Notes: generated by a model not told the origin, from the sequence alone. 64,000 bases of DNA from a bacterium (GCA_963675755.2 CAXXMD010000002.1:1184001-1248000), one strand, 5' to 3'; numbered from the stretch's first letter, positions 1 to 10,783 are shown. Program-made: numbers and translations.

Positions 1-1887
1 CATGTAGATCCAGATCCCGTGTTGGTTGAATTTCGCATCATCAAACCCATTCCTGTGCTGGCAATTAGCTTTATAATTTTGGGAATTATCATCGTATTGA
101 TTTCCATAAAACTGTTCGTCATCTCCCAGGAAAAAAAGCGAATAAAATATGATATGGAAGAAGCCGAACGTCAGATAGAAATTGCGGAACAAGACCGCCG
201 TATTATGGAACTGGAAAAACTACGGGCTATACAGGAAAAAGAAATTGAACGCAAAGAAAAAGAATACTCTTTGCAGGCACAAAAGGTATTAGAAGAAGCC
301 AAAGACCTTGCCGAAGAAGCCACCCGGGCTAAAAGTGAATTCCTTGCCAATATGAGTCACGAAATTCGAACTCCTATGAATGCAGTAATAGGGCTTACCG
401 GACTATTACTCGAGACGGAATTGGATGAAGAACAACGAGATTATGTAGAAACTGTTAAATCCAGTGGTGACGCACTCATGTCTGTAATAAACGATATTCT
501 GGATTATTCTAAAATTGAATCCGGTAAAATGCAATTTGAACAGCAGCCATTTAAACTTCGGGATTGTATAGAAAGTTGTCTGGATTATCATGCAACCAAT
601 GCGGCCAAAAAGAACCTGGATCTTACGTATTATATTGAACCCGGAATTCCGGATGTGATCATTGGAGACTTTAACAGGATCCGTCAAATCCTCAATAACC
701 TGCTGAGCAATGCGGTTAAATTTACAAATTATGGTGATATTTTTGTACACGCCAATGCAGCACCTAAAAACGATGAATATGAATTTCATCTCATGGTCAA
801 AGATACAGGTATTGGTATTGAAGCAGATAAAGTGGATCATGTATTCAGATCTTTTACTCAAGCAGATGCTTCCACTACGCGAAAATATGGCGGTACGGGC
901 TTGGGTCTTACAATCAGCAAAAGCCTGAGTGAAAAAATGGGTGGAACCATGTGGGTTAACAGCCAACCGGGCAAAGGTTCATCATTTCACTTTACATTTG
1001 CAGCTCAAGGTAACATTACTCTGCAAAACGAATTAAAACCTGATAATGAAGACAACTTTAACAACCGTAATATTCTGATTGTTGATGATAATGATACAAA
1101 CCGGCGTATTCTTTCAATCATGCTGAAACGCTGGGGTATGAATACCCGAGATGTTGCAACCGGACAAGAAGCATTAGAGTTGATTGAGCATGGAGCCGAG
1201 TTTGATCTGGCAATTCTTGATTTACAAATGCCTGAAATGGACGGCATAATGCTCGCTGAAAAAATCAGAGAGACAAAAAGCGCAGAGGTGCTTCCCCTCG
1301 TTATGTTGACTTCGGTTGGTTTCAGGGATAATGATGAAAAATTTAAGGCATTAAAATTTTCTAGTTTTGTACACAAACCGGTCAAGCAATCAAGTTTGTT
1401 CAACATCCTGATGCATATCTTTGATGGAAAACTGCCTAAAAGAATCAAAGAAAAAGAACCTCAGGATAATAAAAATACAGAATTTGCACGTCAGTATCCG
1501 TTACGTATTCTGGTTGCAGAAGATAATCCTATTAATCAGAAACTGGCACAACGTATCCTCCAAAAATATGGCTATACTCCATCCATTGTAGATAATGGGC
1601 TGGAAGCTGTTCATGCTCTTGACCAGCACACATATGATCTGGTCTTAATGGATGTACAAATGCCAGAAATGGATGGTTACGAAGCAACCAAAGTTATTAC
1701 CGAACGTTTTGGCGGCAGCAGACCCTTTATTATTGCAATGACTGCTAATGCCATGGAAGGTGATCGTGAAAAATGTCTGCAAGCCGGTATGGATGATTAC
1801 GTTAGCAAACCCATTCAGCTTGAACAATTATTGGCCTTGTTCAAAGAATATCATGGAAAAATTCGGGATTTAAAAGCAACGGCTTGA
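1..1887 (+). CDS. Hybrid sensor histidine kinase/response regulator (HisKA, HATPase_c, two REC domains), 5'-partial
   Basis: H-box [18 protein letters not shown]-box [11 protein letters not shown]-boxes DTGIGI and GGTGLGL, two receiver domains ([17 protein letters not shown]; [17 protein letters not shown]). Frame is open back to base 1. Confidence 0.95.
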   Translation, partial: HVDPDPVLVEFRIIKPIPVLAISFIILGIIIVLISIKLFVISQEKKRIKYDMEEAERQIEIAEQDRRIMELEKLRAIQEKEIERKEKEYSLQAQKVLEEAKDLAEEATRAKSEFLANMSHEIRTPMNAVIGLTGLLLETELDEEQRDYVETVKSSGDALMSVINDILDYSKIESGKMQFEQQPFKLRDCIESCLDYHATNAAKKNLDLTYYIEPGIPDVIIGDFNRIRQILNNLLSNAVKFTNYGDIFVHANAAPKNDEYEFHLMVKDTGIGIEADKVDHVFRSFTQADASTTRKYGGTGLGLTISKSLSEKMGGTMWVNSQPGKGSSFHFTFAAQGNITLQNELKPDNEDNFNNRNILIVDDNDTNRRILSIMLKRWGMNTRDVATGQEALELIEHGAEFDLAILDLQMPEMDGIMLAEKIRETKSAEVLPLVMLTSVGFRDNDEKFKALKFSSFVHKPVKQSSLFNILMHIFDGKLPKRIKEKEPQDNKNTEFARQYPLRILVAEDNPINQKLAQRILQKYGYTPSIVDNGLEAVHALDQHTYDLVLMDVQMPEMDGYEATKVITERFGGSRPFIIAMTANAMEGDREKCLQAGMDDYVSKPIQLEQLLALFKEYHGKIRDLKATA

Positions 1888-2056
1888 CACGATAGTATGC
1901 CATATTGACAGACTTACTGACAATCCTGCAATTATCAATGCATTTTCCATGGTCACACAACATAATATAAATTATAGATTTAAGCCATAAAATATCTTTT
2001 GCACAGAATTTGCTGCATAGCTTAAAAAACAGCATTAAATTCAAGAAAGGATAATC

Positions 2057-3943
2057 ATGGCAGAGAAATCATCTCAGTATCAGTTTCAAGCCGAAGTAAA
2101 CCAGTTACTGGATATTTTAACCCACTCTTTATATACTCACCGGGATATCTTTGTTAGAGAATTGGTCTCTAATGCGGCAGACGCTTTAGACAAGGCCAGA
2201 TTCAAATCTATCAAAGGTGAAGAGATCAATGATTCCGACCTGGATCTTGAAATCCGTATAGATCTGGACAAAGACAACAAGACCATTACCCTCTCCGATA
2301 CAGGTATCGGAATGACCAAAGAAGAGCTGATCAATAACATTGGCACCATCGCCCGTTCAGGAACCTCTGACTTTGTTAAACAATTGTCACAGGAAAATGT
2401 CAAAGATGTAAACTTGATTGGTCGTTTTGGAGTTGGATTTTATTCTGTTTTCATGGCAGGTGAAAAAGTAGAAATTACTACCCAATCCGCCACTCCGGGT
2501 GAACCAACCTGGATCTGGATCAGCGATGGAAAAGGCGAGTTTACTATTGACGAAGCAGAAACACCAGCCAAACGCGGCACCCAGATCAAAGTCTACCTTC
2601 GTGATGATGCTGAACAATTTGCTGATTCTTACACCATTAAACATGCTATTGAAAAATATTCGAATTTTGTATCGTTCCCCATCAAACTTGATGGAGAACA
2701 GGTTAACACTATATCAGCCATTTGGCGTGAACCCAAAAGCAGCTTGAAAAAAGAACAATATACTGAATTCTTTAAATATCTTGCAAAGCAACCGGATGAT
2801 CCTATAACCTATTTGCATTTTAGTGCCGATGCTCCCATACAGTTCAACTCGCTGATATTTGTTCCCAAAACCAATCTCGAGCTCATGGGATTCGGACGGG
2901 ATGAAGAAGGCATCCACATGTTTGTTAAGCGCGTACTGGTAGATGCACACTCTAAGGACATTCTGCCCAATTATCTGCGTTTTGCCAGCGGTGTTGTGGA
3001 AAGTGATGAACTGCCCCTCAACATTTCCAGAGAAACCCTGCAGGAAAATCCGTATATGATGAAAATCAAAAATACGGTTGTAAACAAATTCCTCAGTCAT
3101 TTACAAGACTTTTCCAAAGATGAAGAAGCTTACAAAGAATTCTGGAACCAGCATGGCAGAATCCTCAAAGAAGGTTATAATGATTTTCAGCATAAAGACA
3201 AGCTGGTAGAGTTGTTCAGATTCAACTCTTCAAAGTCTGAAAATGGTGATGAATTGGTCTCTCTTCGCACCTATGTTGACCGCATGTCTGAAAAACAGCA
3301 GGATATTTATTACCTTTCAGGATCATCTCGCGAAGCTATTGAAAACAATCCCGCAATGGACTTGTTCAAATCCAAAGATATTGAAGTATTGTACAGTTTT
3401 GATCCTATCGATGAATTTGTACTATCCGGCATTGTGGAATATGATAAAAAGAAATTTGTATCCGTTGACCAGGCTGACCTCGGTCATTTGAATGATATTC
3501 CTAATCAGGATAAAGATGAAGAAAAAGAAGAAACAAAGTCTGAAGATTTGAAGGATTTTGACAATCTTGCAAGACGCATCAAAGACATTTTAGGCGGAAA
3601 AGTTGAAGATGTTCGTCTCTCAGAGCGATTGGTCAAGAATCCTGCAGTATTGATTGGATCACAGGGTGGCATGTCTGCACAGATGGAAAAGATTATGCAT
3701 CTCTATAATCAGGATACCAAACTGTCACCCAAGGTCATGGAAATCAATCCCAAACATACGGTAATCAAAAACATGTTGTCCATTTACAAAAAAGATGTTG
3801 CTGATCCCCTGTTAAACAAACTTGCGAATAATCTGTTTAATAGCGTTGCTTTGCTTGATGGCAACATTCAGGATCCACATGAAATGGCAGCAACTATACA
3901 GGAGCTGCTGGAAGAAACTTCCAAGCTTTACATTAAAGAATAA
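2057..3943 (+). CDS. htpG: Molecular chaperone HtpG (Hsp90)
   Basis: FQAEVNQLL..SLY..IFVRELVSNAADAL, DTGIGMT, IGRFGVGFYS, LPLNISRE motifs; SD AAGGA upstream. Confidence 0.97.
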   Translation: MAEKSSQYQFQAEVNQLLDILTHSLYTHRDIFVRELVSNAADALDKARFKSIKGEEINDSDLDLEIRIDLDKDNKTITLSDTGIGMTKEELINNIGTIARSGTSDFVKQLSQENVKDVNLIGRFGVGFYSVFMAGEKVEITTQSATPGEPTWIWISDGKGEFTIDEAETPAKRGTQIKVYLRDDAEQFADSYTIKHAIEKYSNFVSFPIKLDGEQVNTISAIWREPKSSLKKEQYTEFFKYLAKQPDDPITYLHFSADAPIQFNSLIFVPKTNLELMGFGRDEEGIHMFVKRVLVDAHSKDILPNYLRFASGVVESDELPLNISRETLQENPYMMKIKNTVVNKFLSHLQDFSKDEEAYKEFWNQHGRILKEGYNDFQHKDKLVELFRFNSSKSENGDELVSLRTYVDRMSEKQQDIYYLSGSSREAIENNPAMDLFKSKDIEVLYSFDPIDEFVLSGIVEYDKKKFVSVDQADLGHLNDIPNQDKDEEKEETKSEDLKDFDNLARRIKDILGGKVEDVRLSERLVKNPAVLIGSQGGMSAQMEKIMHLYNQDTKLSPKVMEINPKHTVIKNMLSIYKKDVADPLLNKLANNLFNSVALLDGNIQDPHEMAATIQELLEETSKLYIKE

Positions 3944-3960
3944 ATAGCTATAAATCGATA

Positions 3961-3990
3961 AAGGACGGCCAATTAGCCGTCCTTTTTTTT
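3961..3990. terminator. Intrinsic terminator between convergent htpG and nrdA
   Basis: AAGGACGGC-caatta-GCCGTCCTT followed by a T tract. Confidence 0.85.
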
Positions 3991-4051
3991 GTCGTTTATA
4001 TGTAAATCCAGGCGTAATCGCCAGATTTTTTACACCCGGATTTGGGAGGAG

Positions 4052-6487
4052 TTATTCACAACTGGGGCAAATCTTTGCCAGCATGGGATCAGTGGGGCAT
4101 CCTTCAAGACTGCCTGATTTCACCTGGTCTACCATTTCATCACCATACTTTTCACGTGCTTCTAGTTCAATCTGATTCAGATCAGAGAATTCAGCCGTGT
4201 TTCCCTCAATTTTAACAGCCTCTTTAGGTTTACCATTACCATTCCCAGTAGTAGCAGAACGTTTACCGAATCCCTTTCTTTCACCACGTTTATTGACATT
4301 TGACGTATATTTTTCACCCTTGATGGTTTTATCAATAAAACAGTAATAAGTAGATTTCAGTTCCATTTTCCATGCATACTGGTAAATCTCGTCCATGTTA
4401 GCACGCAAATCTTCATTAATGTAAAGGGATTTGGATACTGCCTGGTCAATATGACGTTGAAACGCGGCTGCAATCTCGATCTGCCTGAAAGGTGATATTT
4501 CATAAGCTGATTTGAACAATGCTTTATCAATTTTTCCATCCAATTCATCAATGTACTGTACGGATCCGTTTTGTCCTTTGATAATCTCGTACATCTCATC
4601 ATTCCAAAGATCTTTTTCTTCAAGCATTTGCATAAGCTTTTTGTTAACTACAATAAATTTACCGGACAGTGTATCGCGCGAATAAATATTGCTGAAAAAG
4701 CTGTCAATGGTTGATGTTGTTCCTGCTATGATGGAAATAGATGCTGTTGGAGCTATTGCCAGAAGAACAGAGTTTCTGCGGGGTTTATAGTTATACGGTT
4801 TACCTTTTTCCTGCATTTCAATATAATGCGAAAACGCGCCCTTTTCCACAGCCATGGTTTCAGATTTTGCATAAGCAATCTCTTTGAAAAATGCAGCAAT
4901 CTTGTCTGCCATTTGTACAGCCCGGTCAGAATCATAAGCAATACCCAGGTCAAGCAATGCTTCCGCAAAGCCCATAAGTCCCACTCCCATAGGTCTCAAA
5001 TCCATGGTATTCTTTTTTGATTCCGGCGAGGGATAAAAATTCCTGTCCATAATGTTATCAAGCGCAAGAACAGCAGTTTCTATGGTATCTTTTAGTTTTT
5101 CCCAATCAATATCGGTCTTTTCTTCATTCACATGACGAGACAAATTCAACGATGCCAACGTGCATACTGCGGTTGAGCCTGGGGAATTTGGAATAGATAT
5201 TTCCGTACATAAATTTGAACTATTGATAACACTGTAATCCGGACATGGATTATATCGATTATGCGCGTCCTTGAAAGTAAGCCAGGGGTGTCCTGTCTTG
5301 GCCAGTTTGAATAGATATTTTTTGTAAAACTCTTTACTGTCAACCTTGCGCCAGAGTTTAAGCTTGCCCGCTTCGGCATCTCGGATATATTTTTTATATT
5401 TCTTTGAAAAATCATCACCAATGGCTTCTACCAGATCAGGACATTCGGCAGGGTCAAACAAATATAATGGATCTCCCCTGTCTATACGATGCATCATTTC
5501 ATCCGGCATCCAAAAAGCAGTATTCAGGGAGGGTGTACGCAAATACGCGTTACCGGTTGTTTCTTTTAAATCCAAAAACGCTTCAATATCATAATGCCAG
5601 GGCTGAATATAAACAACCTGCGAGCTTCTCCTTCTGCCACCCTGCTGTATTGCGTTAACTGTTGTATCAAAAATCTTGATGAACGGAATGATACCCGAGG
5701 ACCTTGCATTCAACGAATGAATTGCGGAACCAGTTGCTCTAATGCGGGTCACATCTGTTCCGACACCACCCGCAAATTTAGCAAGCAATGAAGTTTCACG
5801 TACCTTGTCCATAATGCCCATCAAATCATCATCCACAACATTGATGTAACAACTGCTGTATTGACTGGTGGTCATACCTGAATTGTACAAAGAAGGTGTT
5901 GAATGCAGGTATTCGAGATTTGATAATTTGTTATAAATTTTTATAACCTGTTCTTCATTGTCTCCAATGCCCATTGCTACACGCATAAAAAACCATTGCA
6001 GTTTTTCAATAATCTCATAATTTCGGTCACGGGTAAAATAACGGTTCTGCAACGTAGACAATCCAAAATAATCCAATTCATCGTTACGGGATTCCTGAAT
6101 TGCGTTTTCAATTTTTTTCAGATCAAAATCAAGCAGGTCTTTTTTAAGTATATTTTCTTTAACGCCAAACTTTACATATTCGCCAAAGGCCTTGAAACGC
6201 AGATCAATTTTACGATTGATGATCTTTTGCAATTGTCGCACAGCCAGTCTGTCATAGATAGTATTGCGCGGAATGAGCTGCTCAATGGCTTTTAATACCA
6301 GGTAATCCAGCTCTTCTGTGGTTACCCTTTCCGGTACTTTGAGGTCCAGTTCTTTTAATACTTTGTATACTATGCCGTAATCATCCTGAATGTCCATATC
6401 TTCAAGCAGCCAGAAAATAGCATTCACAATTTTACGGGTTTGAAATTTCTCTTCCACCCCTTCGCGTTTAACAACAATTCTCTCCAA
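4052..6487 (-). CDS. nrdA: Class I ribonucleoside-diphosphate reductase alpha subunit with N-terminal ATP cone
   Basis: VVKREG ATP-cone start, STPSLYNSG, SSCY, QGGRRR, SNLCTEI radical Cys, VCTLASLNL, APTASIS, KSTYY, C-terminal CPSCE. Confidence 0.96.
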   Translation of the reverse strand: MERIVVKREGVEEKFQTRKIVNAIFWLLEDMDIQDDYGIVYKVLKELDLKVPERVTTEELDYLVLKAIEQLIPRNTIYDRLAVRQLQKIINRKIDLRFKAFGEYVKFGVKENILKKDLLDFDLKKIENAIQESRNDELDYFGLSTLQNRYFTRDRNYEIIEKLQWFFMRVAMGIGDNEEQVIKIYNKLSNLEYLHSTPSLYNSGMTTSQYSSCYINVVDDDLMGIMDKVRETSLLAKFAGGVGTDVTRIRATGSAIHSLNARSSGIIPFIKIFDTTVNAIQQGGRRRSSQVVYIQPWHYDIEAFLDLKETTGNAYLRTPSLNTAFWMPDEMMHRIDRGDPLYLFDPAECPDLVEAIGDDFSKKYKKYIRDAEAGKLKLWRKVDSKEFYKKYLFKLAKTGHPWLTFKDAHNRYNPCPDYSVINSSNLCTEISIPNSPGSTAVCTLASLNLSRHVNEEKTDIDWEKLKDTIETAVLALDNIMDRNFYPSPESKKNTMDLRPMGVGLMGFAEALLDLGIAYDSDRAVQMADKIAAFFKEIAYAKSETMAVEKGAFSHYIEMQEKGKPYNYKPRRNSVLLAIAPTASISIIAGTTSTIDSFFSNIYSRDTLSGKFIVVNKKLMQMLEEKDLWNDEMYEIIKGQNGSVQYIDELDGKIDKALFKSAYEISPFRQIEIAAAFQRHIDQAVSKSLYINEDLRANMDEIYQYAWKMELKSTYYCFIDKTIKGEKYTSNVNKRGERKGFGKRSATTGNGNGKPKEAVKIEGNTAEFSDLNQIELEAREKYGDEMVDQVKSGSLEGCPTDPMLAKICPSCE

Positions 6488-6502
6488 GATGACTCCCTCC
6501 TC

Positions 6503-7492
6503 TTAATAATTGGTATATTCGGTAGATGATACTTCAAAAAAGTTGGTTAATTTTTTCAGATCTTCCTTTTGCAGGAATTTGAGCGGATTCTCATCCACAT
6601 AATAGTGTGGTTCAAAACCCAGTTCTTCAAGTCGACGGTCTGTTACATATCTCAGGTACAGTTCCAGTTCCTTGTAGGTCAAACCATAGATTGTGCGTCC
6701 ACCGAATATACGCTGCAAATACTCAAATTCCAGGTTGGCGCCATCAATGATGATATTGCGGATCTCGTCTACAAATTCAGAATCTTCAACAATCTCGGGG
6801 GTCTCTTCAATAAGTATAAGTATGGCTTCAATACCATTCTGCAAATGCAGGCTTTCGTCTATCAATACCAGTTCAACACCGGAGACCACATTTTTCATTT
6901 TTCCAGTATCTTTCATGGCAAAAAAATGCGCGAATGATGAATAAAAGAAAATACCTTCCATTACAATATTATTCAGCAATATACTTTTTACGATCTGTTT
7001 TCTACCGTCAACCGAATAGGGATCACCCTTACCATAGGTGAGCTTGTCAACTTCACGGATTACAATATCCTGTTTTTCTTTTAGCAGTTTATCGGTTTGG
7101 GTGATTTTGTACATTTTACTGCGGTCCATTTCAAATGTCTGCATTACGCTTTCGAAAAAATCACTGTGGATATTTTCAACAAACATCTGCGTGGTAAATG
7201 ACATTTTGGCATAAGGATCTATCAACAACGGGAAAAATCCGTTCACCAATACATTCCCTACCAGCAATTCGGATGATGAAAAATACCCCACAGCCATGTC
7301 AAACACTTCTTTTTCCGCAGCACTCAACGAGTTGTAATCCAATACATCCTGTTGAATATTCAGCTCTTCCGGAAACCAGATGGCTTGTTTTTGTTGTTTA
7401 TAGAGTTCTTTGAAAATGGGGAATTTGGGATCATCGCTGATATCAATATTTTCCCTGACCGAAGTCTTGCCAATCAAAGCGGATTTCTGCAT
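6503..7492 (-). CDS. nrdB: Class I RNR beta subunit, R2c (class Ic, Mn/Fe)-type residue pattern
   Basis: WFPEE; ligands E75, E106, H109, E179, E213, H216; F113 at the radical Tyr position; C-terminal NFFE..EY. Confidence 0.93.
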   Translation of the reverse strand: MQKSALIGKTSVRENIDISDDPKFPIFKELYKQQKQAIWFPEELNIQQDVLDYNSLSAAEKEVFDMAVGYFSSSELLVGNVLVNGFFPLLIDPYAKMSFTTQMFVENIHSDFFESVMQTFEMDRSKMYKITQTDKLLKEKQDIVIREVDKLTYGKGDPYSVDGRKQIVKSILLNNIVMEGIFFYSSFAHFFAMKDTGKMKNVVSGVELVLIDESLHLQNGIEAILILIEETPEIVEDSEFVDEIRNIIIDGANLEFEYLQRIFGGRTIYGLTYKELELYLRYVTDRRLEELGFEPHYYVDENPLKFLQKEDLKKLTNFFEVSSTEYTNY

Positions 7493-7641
7493 AGCTACTC
7501 CTCCTCAATATGAATATATTCCGTTTTGTTAAAAGGCCATAAATAACAGCTCTTTTTGATGTGATTTAATGTGGTGATTCTGGCTTACTGCACAAAAAAT
7601 TTGGGTGCAGGAGTTATACAACGAGGAGGTTACCCCATATA

Positions 7642-7688
7642 TTCCCATATATAGGGGTTTTTTCATATTTTTACACTAAATATAGTAT
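7642..7688. promoter_or_regulatory. Tandem NrdR boxes upstream of nrdBA
   Basis: TTCCCATATATAGGGG (7642-7657) and ACACTAAATATAGTAT (7673-7688) fit the consensus acaCwAtATaTwGtgt and start 31 bp apart, the usual NrdR spacing. Confidence 0.85.
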
Positions 7689-7726
7689 TTTAATGAAATT
7701 TATTACAATAGCTTGTGCAAACAATC

Positions 7727-10117
7727 TCATGGCACATACAACAACTTTATGGTAGATTGCTGATTGTTTGCAGTCAAGCGACACAAATAGAGTCCGGCGC
7801 TGACAGTTTGACCATTGTCATCAAGTCCGTTCCAGGATTGGCTATACTGCCCGGCGGATCCGTATTCGTTCACCAGGGTGCGCACCTTTTGCCCCAACAT
7901 ATTATATATAACGAGTTGTGAATTGCCGTTTCTCGCAAGTTCATACTCTATCATTGTAGAGCTGTTAAAGGGATTGGGGTAATTTTGCTTCAAACCAAAT
8001 CTTCGAGGAATGGCCGGGTCTTTTTCATTTACCGATGTGAGAACGCCCCGATATCTCAATAATCCGGAACCGTCTGTGACCGCGTATATGATTGACGGAT
8101 CATTTTGGTCAAAACGGATTTTGTAACATAGCCCCGAACCTTCAGGAAAAGCAGCCGGAAAGGGGCCCCAGGTCTCTCCCGCGTCATAACTTATATGTGC
8201 GTCAATACCGGCAGCAACAACAATATTACTGTCTGCGGGATGTACAGCTATAGTATAATAAAGATCATAAGGACAATCCAAATCACTTTCTATAAAAGAC
8301 CAACTTTTTCCCCCATCGACTGATTTTAAAAGCCCATTAAAATAATTTGTTGCCCATACTGTTTGTTCGTTTTGTGGATTACAACACATATCATAAACCA
8401 TAAATATGTGCTGTTGTTTTCCCTCATTAGCAAAAGTCCAGTCCATACCGTTTTCAGAATAATAAACTCCATGCATAGAATTTATATTACCATACTCTGT
8501 ACCTAATAAAAAATTACATCCATCAAATGAATTCACATAAACAACAGGCAAAGATTCTTCTCCAAACAACACCTTCTGCCAGTCTTTACCCTTGTTTACC
8601 GTACGAAACAAACCTACGTTCGTCCCCGCAAAAAGCAAGCTATCTGAAAATGGAAAAATGGTAAACAAAACGCCAATATCATTAGAAAAAAATCTGTCAA
8701 TTCCATCAACTTTACTAAAAGTTGGTGTTGAACAAACAATATCCATCGCAATATCATTATATTGATTATCGTAACCGTTTGTCATTACTGTCCAAACCTT
8801 ATTTTCGATATTTGTTTGCTTTATATCATTTATTGTACAAAAACCACTGTCAATTTGAGCGTCATACCAGTCACCGTCACCACATTTATAATACATGCCC
8901 GCGCCATCTGTGCCATAGTATAGATTTGTTTCAGGTCTGCTATCATCGATCAACAAGGATCTGCCGGCAAGTCCATCCATTCCCTCAACTTTGCGCTGCC
9001 ATTCTGTTTCATCGATATCTCGTTTATAAAATCCTTCTTCGGTACCCAGCAACACCTTATTACCGTTCACCTGAATGCAATTAACGCTAATACATTCCAA
9101 TCCGTTATTATCGATCCGCCAGGTTTTACCGTCATCTTTGGTTTGTATTATACCTTGCGACGTACCCACAAACAGGGTACTGTCATTTGTCTGAACAATG
9201 GCACGAATGAGTTTGTTAGGCAGAATATCCGAAGATATATTTTCCCATGTCTGGCCATTGTCCACCGATTTATACAAACCATTAAATAGCCCCGCGTACA
9301 ATTCTCCCACTGCAAATGGACTGCAATACAAGGTTACCACCCGTTTATCGGATGTTATGGGGGAAATATTCTTCCATTGCCCAATTCCCCGATTTGTATT
9401 GATATAAATTCCATTCAGCGTACAGGCATATAAATGATCTCTATTGTGTGGAGAGATGTACAATCCGGTTATGTCCGTTGAACCTAGACCGATATTATTT
9501 TCATGCCAGGTTGTACCATTGTCAATTGTATAATGAAACCCCTTATCCCACATACTATTTCCACGATACAAACCGGTATATATAATATTCTCATCTTCCG
9601 GATGAGAGACAATACTGGAATGAATGGCACCAGAACCCAAATAAAAAATAAGAAGCTCCCAGTTCTGTCCCTTGTCAGAGCTCTTATAAAAACCATGTTC
9701 TGTTGCAACCAGAACTCTATTATGTAAATAATTAATGTCAATTATATTCTTTGATAAAAGAGCGGGACTAATTTTCTCTGTATCCAAAAGATACCTGGTC
9801 CAGGAATTCCCACCGTCACACGATCTGTAAATGCCACTTTGCTTTGTCGCTGCAAGTATCGTGTCTTTGCTGATAAAACAAATGTCAGAAATGGCAGAAC
9901 CCTGCGGGCCATAGTCTTCCCATTCTCCCAAAGTTTGTCGAAAATTATTAACATCTTTATAAGGGGAAAAATGTTTCATAGCAAGTTGTTTTAATTGTAG
10001 ATTATTTACATTATACATTTCATCAATAGTGATTTGTGCATATATATCATGATAGGTTAAAATACCAAGGAATAAATAAATACATAAAATTTTTAGAATT
10101 TTCATTAATATGTCCAT
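7727..10117 (-). CDS. Secreted BNR/Asp-box beta-propeller protein with C-terminal T9SS-like/FlgD-Ig sorting domain
   Basis: Signal peptide; many S-x-D-G-G-x-T/S-W repeats; C-terminal LKQNYPNPFNSST..GQKVRTLV..WNGLDDNG. Confidence 0.85.
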   Translation of the reverse strand: MDILMKILKILCIYLFLGILTYHDIYAQITIDEMYNVNNLQLKQLAMKHFSPYKDVNNFRQTLGEWEDYGPQGSAISDICFISKDTILAATKQSGIYRSCDGGNSWTRYLLDTEKISPALLSKNIIDINYLHNRVLVATEHGFYKSSDKGQNWELLIFYLGSGAIHSSIVSHPEDENIIYTGLYRGNSMWDKGFHYTIDNGTTWHENNIGLGSTDITGLYISPHNRDHLYACTLNGIYINTNRGIGQWKNISPITSDKRVVTLYCSPFAVGELYAGLFNGLYKSVDNGQTWENISSDILPNKLIRAIVQTNDSTLFVGTSQGIIQTKDDGKTWRIDNNGLECISVNCIQVNGNKVLLGTEEGFYKRDIDETEWQRKVEGMDGLAGRSLLIDDSRPETNLYYGTDGAGMYYKCGDGDWYDAQIDSGFCTINDIKQTNIENKVWTVMTNGYDNQYNDIAMDIVCSTPTFSKVDGIDRFFSNDIGVLFTIFPFSDSLLFAGTNVGLFRTVNKGKDWQKVLFGEESLPVVYVNSFDGCNFLLGTEYGNINSMHGVYYSENGMDWTFANEGKQQHIFMVYDMCCNPQNEQTVWATNYFNGLLKSVDGGKSWSFIESDLDCPYDLYYTIAVHPADSNIVVAAGIDAHISYDAGETWGPFPAAFPEGSGLCYKIRFDQNDPSIIYAVTDGSGLLRYRGVLTSVNEKDPAIPRRFGLKQNYPNPFNSSTMIEYELARNGNSQLVIYNMLGQKVRTLVNEYGSAGQYSQSWNGLDDNGQTVSAGLYLCRLTANNQQSTIKLLYVP

Positions 10118-10121
10118 AAAA

Positions 10122-10135
10122 ATGACAAGAGTGTT
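10122..10135. repeat. Left arm of a 14-bp perfect inverted repeat (partner at 10607-10620)
   Basis: ATGACAAGAGTGTT is the exact reverse complement of AACACTCTTGTCAT at 10607-10620. Confidence 0.9.
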
Positions 10136-10151
10136 ATAATTTATTAATTTA

Positions 10152-10592
10152 TTATTGAATTGTTATTGACATTCCTATTGATCCATGCTCACATGTATAA
10201 GTATATGAACCAGGAAATACCCAATCATAAGCACGATAGACTCCACAATGTACTACTCCATACATTTCATCCAAATAGCTGCTCGTAGAATATGGCAATA
10301 CATTTGAATTTGACGTAACTCCATTTCGGTAAAAATCAAGAGCTTCTGTTGTTCCATAACTTGAAGCCTCAATCTTAACTTTGTATTGTATTGAAAAACC
10401 ATTACCTGCTGACCTTTCATAAGAATTATCATCCTCATCATCATTCACTGATGAATCTGTAGGGTCAGGTGGATAATCAATCCAAACTCTAGTATCACCT
10501 GTTAACGAGACAGAATTTATCTGAGTACTAATAAGTTGCCCAAATGATAAATTTACAATTACTAATAAAAATAACATAACATTTCTAAGCAT
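10152..10592 (-). CDS. Small secreted hypothetical protein (146 aa)
   Basis: SD GAAAGGGG before ATG, signal peptide MLRNVMLFLLVIVNLSFG; no family recognised. Confidence 0.75.
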   Translation of the reverse strand: MLRNVMLFLLVIVNLSFGQLISTQINSVSLTGDTRVWIDYPPDPTDSSVNDDEDDNSYERSAGNGFSIQYKVKIEASSYGTTEALDFYRNGVTSNSNVLPYSTSSYLDEMYGVVHCGVYRAYDWVFPGSYTYTCEHGSIGMSITIQ

Positions 10593-10606
10593 TGTTAACC
10601 CCTTTC

Positions 10607-10620
10607 AACACTCTTGTCAT
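10607..10620. repeat. Right arm of the 14-bp perfect inverted repeat
   Basis: AACACTCTTGTCAT; see 10122-10135. Confidence 0.9.
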
Positions 10621-10783
10621 ATTTTTTTAAAAATATTAAAATTAAGAAAAAATGAATGAATTTAGTTACAACCTTAAATACTTCATAATACTACCCCTTT
10701 TATTGTATTATTCATGAATAAGGTTTTTTGTCAACCCCTGCTGCAATTAACAAAAACATTAAACTGCTCGTTAATTATATTAA

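Noticed and set aside
1999-2014. Sigma54-like TTGCACAGAATTTGCT upstream of htpG
   Set aside because: It lacks the near-invariant GG at -24; no CIRCE element was seen either.
4052-6487. Intein or intron in nrdA
   Set aside because: Length and motif spacing are normal and no splicing motifs were seen.
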